Source: Eledone cirrhosa (Eukaryota). Taken from it: a stretch of 64,000 nucleotides of DNA. The stretch lies in the NCBI GenBank assembly GCA_964016885.1, contig OZ024743.1, forward strand, positions 249,178,001 through 249,242,000. The letters run 5' to 3'. Shown here one piece after another: positions 59,500-64,000 of the stretch (position 1 is the stretch's first letter; the number at the start of each line of letters is the position of its first letter). A program made the translations under genes and the position numbers. The notes under the pieces were generated by a model. The model saw only the letters and a program-made list of their open reading frames with translations. It was not told where the DNA came from and did not search any database.

Positions 59500-62400
59500 T
59501 GTTAACTACATAGGCAACAGTAATGTGTTAACTACATAGGCAACAGTAATGTGTTAACTACATAGACAACAGTAATATGTTAACTACATAGACAACAGTA
59601 ATGTGTTAACTACATAGGCAACAGTAATGTGTTATCTACATAGGCAACAGTAATGTGTTAACTACATAGGCAACAATAATGTGTTAACTACATAGACAAC
59701 AGTAATGAGTTAACTACATAGGCAACTGTAATATGTTAACAACATAGACAACAGTAATGTGTTAACTACATAGACAACAGTAATATGTTAACTACATAGA
59801 CAACAGTAATATGTTAACTACATAGACAACAGTAATATGTTAACTACATAGGCAACAGTAATGTGATGTCTATATAGGCATAAGTAATGTCTTAACTACA
59901 TAGGCAACAGTAAAGTGTTAACTACATAGGAAACAGTAATGTGTTAACTACATAGACAACAGTAATATGTTAACTATATAGACAACAGTAAAGTGTCAAC
60001 TACATAGACAACAGTAATATGTTAACTACATAGACAACAGTAATGTGCTAACTACATAGGCAACTGTAATATGTTAACTACATAGACAACAGTAAAGTGT
60101 TAACTACAAAGCCAACAGTAATATGTTAACTACATAAACAACAGTAATATGTTAACTACATACACAACAGTAAAGTGTTAACTACATAGACAACAGTAAT
60201 ATGTTAACTACATAGACAACAGTAAAGTGTTAACTACATACGCAACAGTAATGTGTTAACTACATAGACAAGAGTAATGTGTTAACCACATAGACAACAG
60301 TAATGTGTTAACTACATAGGCAACAGTAATGTGTTAACTACATAGGCATCTATAATATGTTAACTACATAGACAACAGTAATATGTTAACTACATAGACA
60401 ACAGTAATGTGTTAACTACATAGACAACAGTAATGTGTTAACTACATAGGCAACAGTAATGTGTTAACTACATAGGCAACAATAATGTGTTAGCTACATA
60501 GACAACAGTAATGAGTTAACTACATAGGCAACTGTAATATGTTAACTACATAGACAACAGTAATGTGTTAACTACATAGACAACAGTAATATGTTAACTA
60601 CATAGACAACAGTAATATGTTAACTACATAGACAACAGTAATATGTTAACTACATAGGCAACAGTAATGTGATGTCTATATAGGCATAAGTAATGTGTTA
60701 ACTACATAGACAACAGTAATGTGTTAACTACATAGGCAACAGTAAAGTGTTAACTACATAGGCAACAGTAATGTGTTAACTACATAGACAACAGTAATAT
60801 GTTAACTATATAGACAACAATAATGTGTTAACTACATAGACAACAGTAATGTGTTAACTACATAGGCAACAGTAAAGTGTTGACTACATAGGCAACAGTA
60901 ATATGTTAACTACATAGACAACAGTAATATGTTACCTACATAGACAACAGTAATGTGTTAAGTACATAGACAACAGTAATGTGTTAAGTACATAGACAAC
61001 AGTAATGTGTTAAGTACATAGACAACAGTAATATGTTAATTATATAGACAACAGTAATGTGTTAACTACAAAGGCAACAGTAATATGTTAACTACATAGA
61101 CAACAGTAATGTGTTAACTACATAGGCAACAGTAATATGTTAACTACGTAGACAATAGTAATGTTTTAACTATATAGACAACAGTAATTTGTTAACTACA
61201 TAGGCAACACTAATATGTTAACTACATAGACAACAGTAATGTGTTAACTATATAGACAACAGTAATGTGTTAACTACATAGACAACAGTAATGTGTTAAC
61301 TACATAGGCAACAGTAATATGTTAAATACATAGACAACTGTAACGTGTTAACTACATAGACAACAGTAATGTGTTAACTACATAGGCAACAGTAATATGC
61401 TAAATACATAGACAACTGTAATGTGTTAACTACATAGACAACAGTAATGTGTTAACTACATAGGCAACACTAATATGTTAAGTACATAGACAACTGTAAT
61501 GTGTTAACTACATAGACAACAGTAAAGTGTTAACTACATAGACAACAGTAATGTGTTAACTACATAGACAACAGTAAAGTGTTAACTACATAGACAACAG
61601 TAATGTGTTAACTACTCAGGCAACAGTAATATGTTAACTACATAGACAACAGTAATGTGTTAACTACATAGACAACAGTAATGCGTTAACTACATAGACA
61701 ACAGTAATGTGTTAACTACATAGGCAACAGTAATGTGTTAACTACATAGGCAACAGTAATGTGTTAACTACATAGGCAACAGGAAAGTTTTGACTACATA
61801 GGCAACAGTAACATGTTAACTACATAGACAACAGTAATATGTTACCTACATAGACAACAGTAATGTATTAAGTACATAGACAACAGTAATGTGTTAAGTA
61901 CATAGACAACAGTAATGTGTTAAATACATAGACAACAGTAATATGTTAACTATATAGACAAGAGTAATGTGTTAACTACAAAGGCAACAGTAATATGTTA
62001 ACTACATAGACAACAGTAATGTGTTAACTACATAGGCAACAGGAAAGTTTTGACTACATAGGCAACAGTAACATGTTAACTACATAGACAACAGTAATAT
62101 GTTACCTACATAGACAACAATAATGTGTTAAGTACATAGACAAAGGTAATGTGTTAAGTACATAGACAACAGTAATATGTTAACTATATAGACAAGAGTA
62201 ATGTGTTAACTACAAAGGCAACAGTAATATGTTAACTACATAGACAACAGTAATGTGTTAACTATAATAGTCAGCAGTAATATACTAACTACGTAGACAA
62301 TAGTAATGTTTTAACTATATAGACAACAGTAATGTGTTAACTACATAGGCATCCGAAATATGTTAACTACATAGACAACAGTAATATGTTAACTACATAG

Positions 62401-63250
62401 GCAACAGTAATGTGTTAACTATATAGACAACAGTAATGTGTTAACTACAAAGACAACAGTAACGTGTTAACTACATAGGCAACAGTAATATGTTAAATAC
62501 ATAGACAACTGTAATGTGTTAACTACATAGACAACAGTAATGTGTTAACTACGTAGGCAACAGTAATATGTTAAATACATAGACAACTGTAATGTGTTAA
62601 CTACATAGACAACAGTAAAGTGTTAACGACATAGACAACAGTAATGTGTTAACTATATAGGCAACAGTGATATGTTAACTACATAGACAACAGTAATGTA
62701 GTAACTACATAGACAACTGTAATATGTTAACTACATACACAACAGTAATATGTTAACTACATAAACAACAGTAATGTGTTAACTACATAGGCAACAGTAA
62801 TATGTTAACTACGTAGACAATAGTAATGTTTTAACTATATAGACAACAGTAATGTGTTAACTACATAGGCAACACTAATATGTTAACTACATAGACAACA
62901 GTAATGTGTTAACTATATAGACAACAGTAATGTGTTAACTACATAGACAACAGTAATGTGTTAACTACATAGGCAACAGTAATATGTTAAATACATAGAC
63001 AACTGTAACGTGTTAACTACATAGACAACAGTAATGTGTTAACTACATAGGCAACAGTAATATGCTAAATACATAGACAACTGTAATGTGTTAACTACAT
63101 AGACAACAGTAATGTGTTAACTACATAGGCAACAGTAATATGTTAAGTACATAGACAACTGTAATGTGTTAACTACATAGACAACAGTAAAGTGTTAACT
63201 ACATAGACAACAGTAATGTGTTAACTACATAGACAACAGTAAAGTGTTAA
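59500..63250 (+). repeat. More diverged satellite zone with short-period local duplications
   Basis: Many singleton variants (e.g. ACTACTCAGG ~61611, CATCCGAAAT ~62350, TAACGAC ~62624), a 27-bp monomer at 62249-62275, and duplications at offsets 260, 520 and 1665. Confidence 0.8.
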
Positions 63251-64000
63251 CTACATAGGCAACAGTAATGTGTTAACTACATAGACAACAGTAAAGTGTT
63301 AACTACATAGTCAACAGTAATGTGTTAACTACATAGGCAACAGTAATGTGATGTCTATATAGGCAATAGTAATGTGTTAACTACATAGACAACAGTAAAG
63401 TGTTAACTACATAGACAACAGTAATATGTTAACTACATAGACAACAGTAATATGTTAACTACATAGACAACAGTAATGTGTTAACTACATAGGCAACTGT
63501 AATATGTTAACTACATAGACAACAGTAAAGTGTTAACTACATAGACAACAGTAATATGTTAACTACATAGACAACAGTAATATGTTAACTACATAGACAA
63601 CAGTAATATGTTAACTACATAGGCAACAGTAATGTGATGTCTATATAGGCATAAGTAATGTGTGAAGTACATAGACAACAGTAATGTGTGAAGTACATAC
63701 ACAACAGTAATGTGTTAACTACATAGGCAACAGTAATATGTTAACTACATAGTCAACTGTAATATGTTAACTACATAGACAACTGTAATGTGTTAACTAC
63801 ATAGACAACAGTAATGTGTTAACTACATAGACAACAGTAAAGTGTTAACTACATAGGCAACAGTAATGTGTTAACTACATAGGCAACAGTAAAGTGTTAA
63901 CTACATGAGCAACAGTAAAGTGTTAACTACATAGGCAACAGTAATGTGTTAACTACATAGGCAACAGTAATGTGTTAACTACATAGACAACAGTAAAGCG

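Larger units (their letters stand above)
355..64000 (+). repeat. Satellite DNA array, 26-bp monomer AGTAATGTGTTAACTACATAGACAAC, ~2,450 head-to-tail copies, runs off the right end of the window
   Basis: 26-bp periodicity read directly throughout. Main polymorphic positions are 1 (A/T), 6 (T/A), 7 (G/A) and 22 (A/G). Distances between marker variants equal n x 26 minus the number of 25-bp deletion monomers (e.g. 3352 = 129x26-2, 3429 = 132x26-3, 2184 = 84x26). No reverse-complement copies (GTTGTCTATGTAG) were seen. Confidence 0.99.

Noticed and set aside
355-64000. CRISPR array (repeat of CRISPR-like length with partial dyad)
   Set aside because: Repeats are directly adjacent with no unique spacers. 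There are no cas genes, and the 11-bp core plus 15-bp linker are both repeated.
355-64000. Repetitive protein-coding ORF on either strand
   Set aside because: The plus-strand monomer has TAA, TAA and TAG and the minus strand has TAG and TAA. Because 26 is not a multiple of 3, stops cycle through every frame within three monomers.
355-64000. Telomerase-made long telomeric repeat (budding-yeast-type 23-26 bp units)
   Set aside because: No G-rich strand (4 G and 4 C per monomer), far longer than such telomeres, and variant order is copied in kb blocks, indicating recombinational amplification rather than template synthesis. A subtelomeric location is not excluded.
355-64000. Information-bearing 'code' in the near-binary variant sites (AATGTG/AATATG/AAAGTG, GAC/GGC, AGT/TGT)
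   Set aside because: The patterns are explained by nested duplications of a few old alleles. Nothing in the sequence indicates a reading mechanism or synthetic design.
355-64000. Transcription-factor motifs (MYB-like CAACTG/CAACGG, E-box CAGCTG, TATA-like TATATA in variant monomers)
   Set aside because: Short motifs arising from single variants of an AT-rich repeat, with no gene context or independent support.
355-64000. 26-mer as a dimer of a 13-bp ancestral unit
   Set aside because: The two halves share little beyond AAC. The edge evidence supports an 11+15 split instead.
355-64000. Embedded transposon, inversion or unique island within the array
   Set aside because: None was seen on reading through. 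All monomers are in the same orientation, and marker spacings fit whole-monomer counts. An automated scan should confirm this.

Overview
Almost the whole window (about 355-64000) is one uninterrupted head-to-tail tandem array of a 26-bp AT-rich monomer. The consensus is AGTAATGTGTTAACTACATAGACAAC, with common variants WGTAAWRTGTTAACTACATAGRCAAC; it is about 31% GC and present in about 2,450 copies by length/26. Only about 110 bp of unique flank is visible, followed by a degenerate junction (about 113-354) that contains 37-bp monomers with an internal 11-bp duplication. I found no protein-coding gene, RNA gene, CRISPR array, transposon insertion or inversion, and stop codons occur in all six frames at least once every three consensus monomers. 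The most likely identity is eukaryotic satellite DNA; the taxon and any function (e.g. centromeric) cannot be determined from sequence alone. The structure lies in the order of variant monomers. There is an irregular ~3.3-3.45 kb higher-order repeat (127-133 monomers) in the left half and a second variant family with an exact 84-monomer (2,184 bp) tandem unit in the right half. There are also multi-kb block duplications at offsets of ~12.5, 10.6, 5.6 and 13.8 kb, a recurrent 6-substitution monomer that destroys the GTTAAC dyad, and a diverged zone at ~59.5-63.2 kb that shares variants with the left edge. I see no evidence for a gene-encoded novel system. Offsets were hand-counted from marker variants and block boundaries are approximate.
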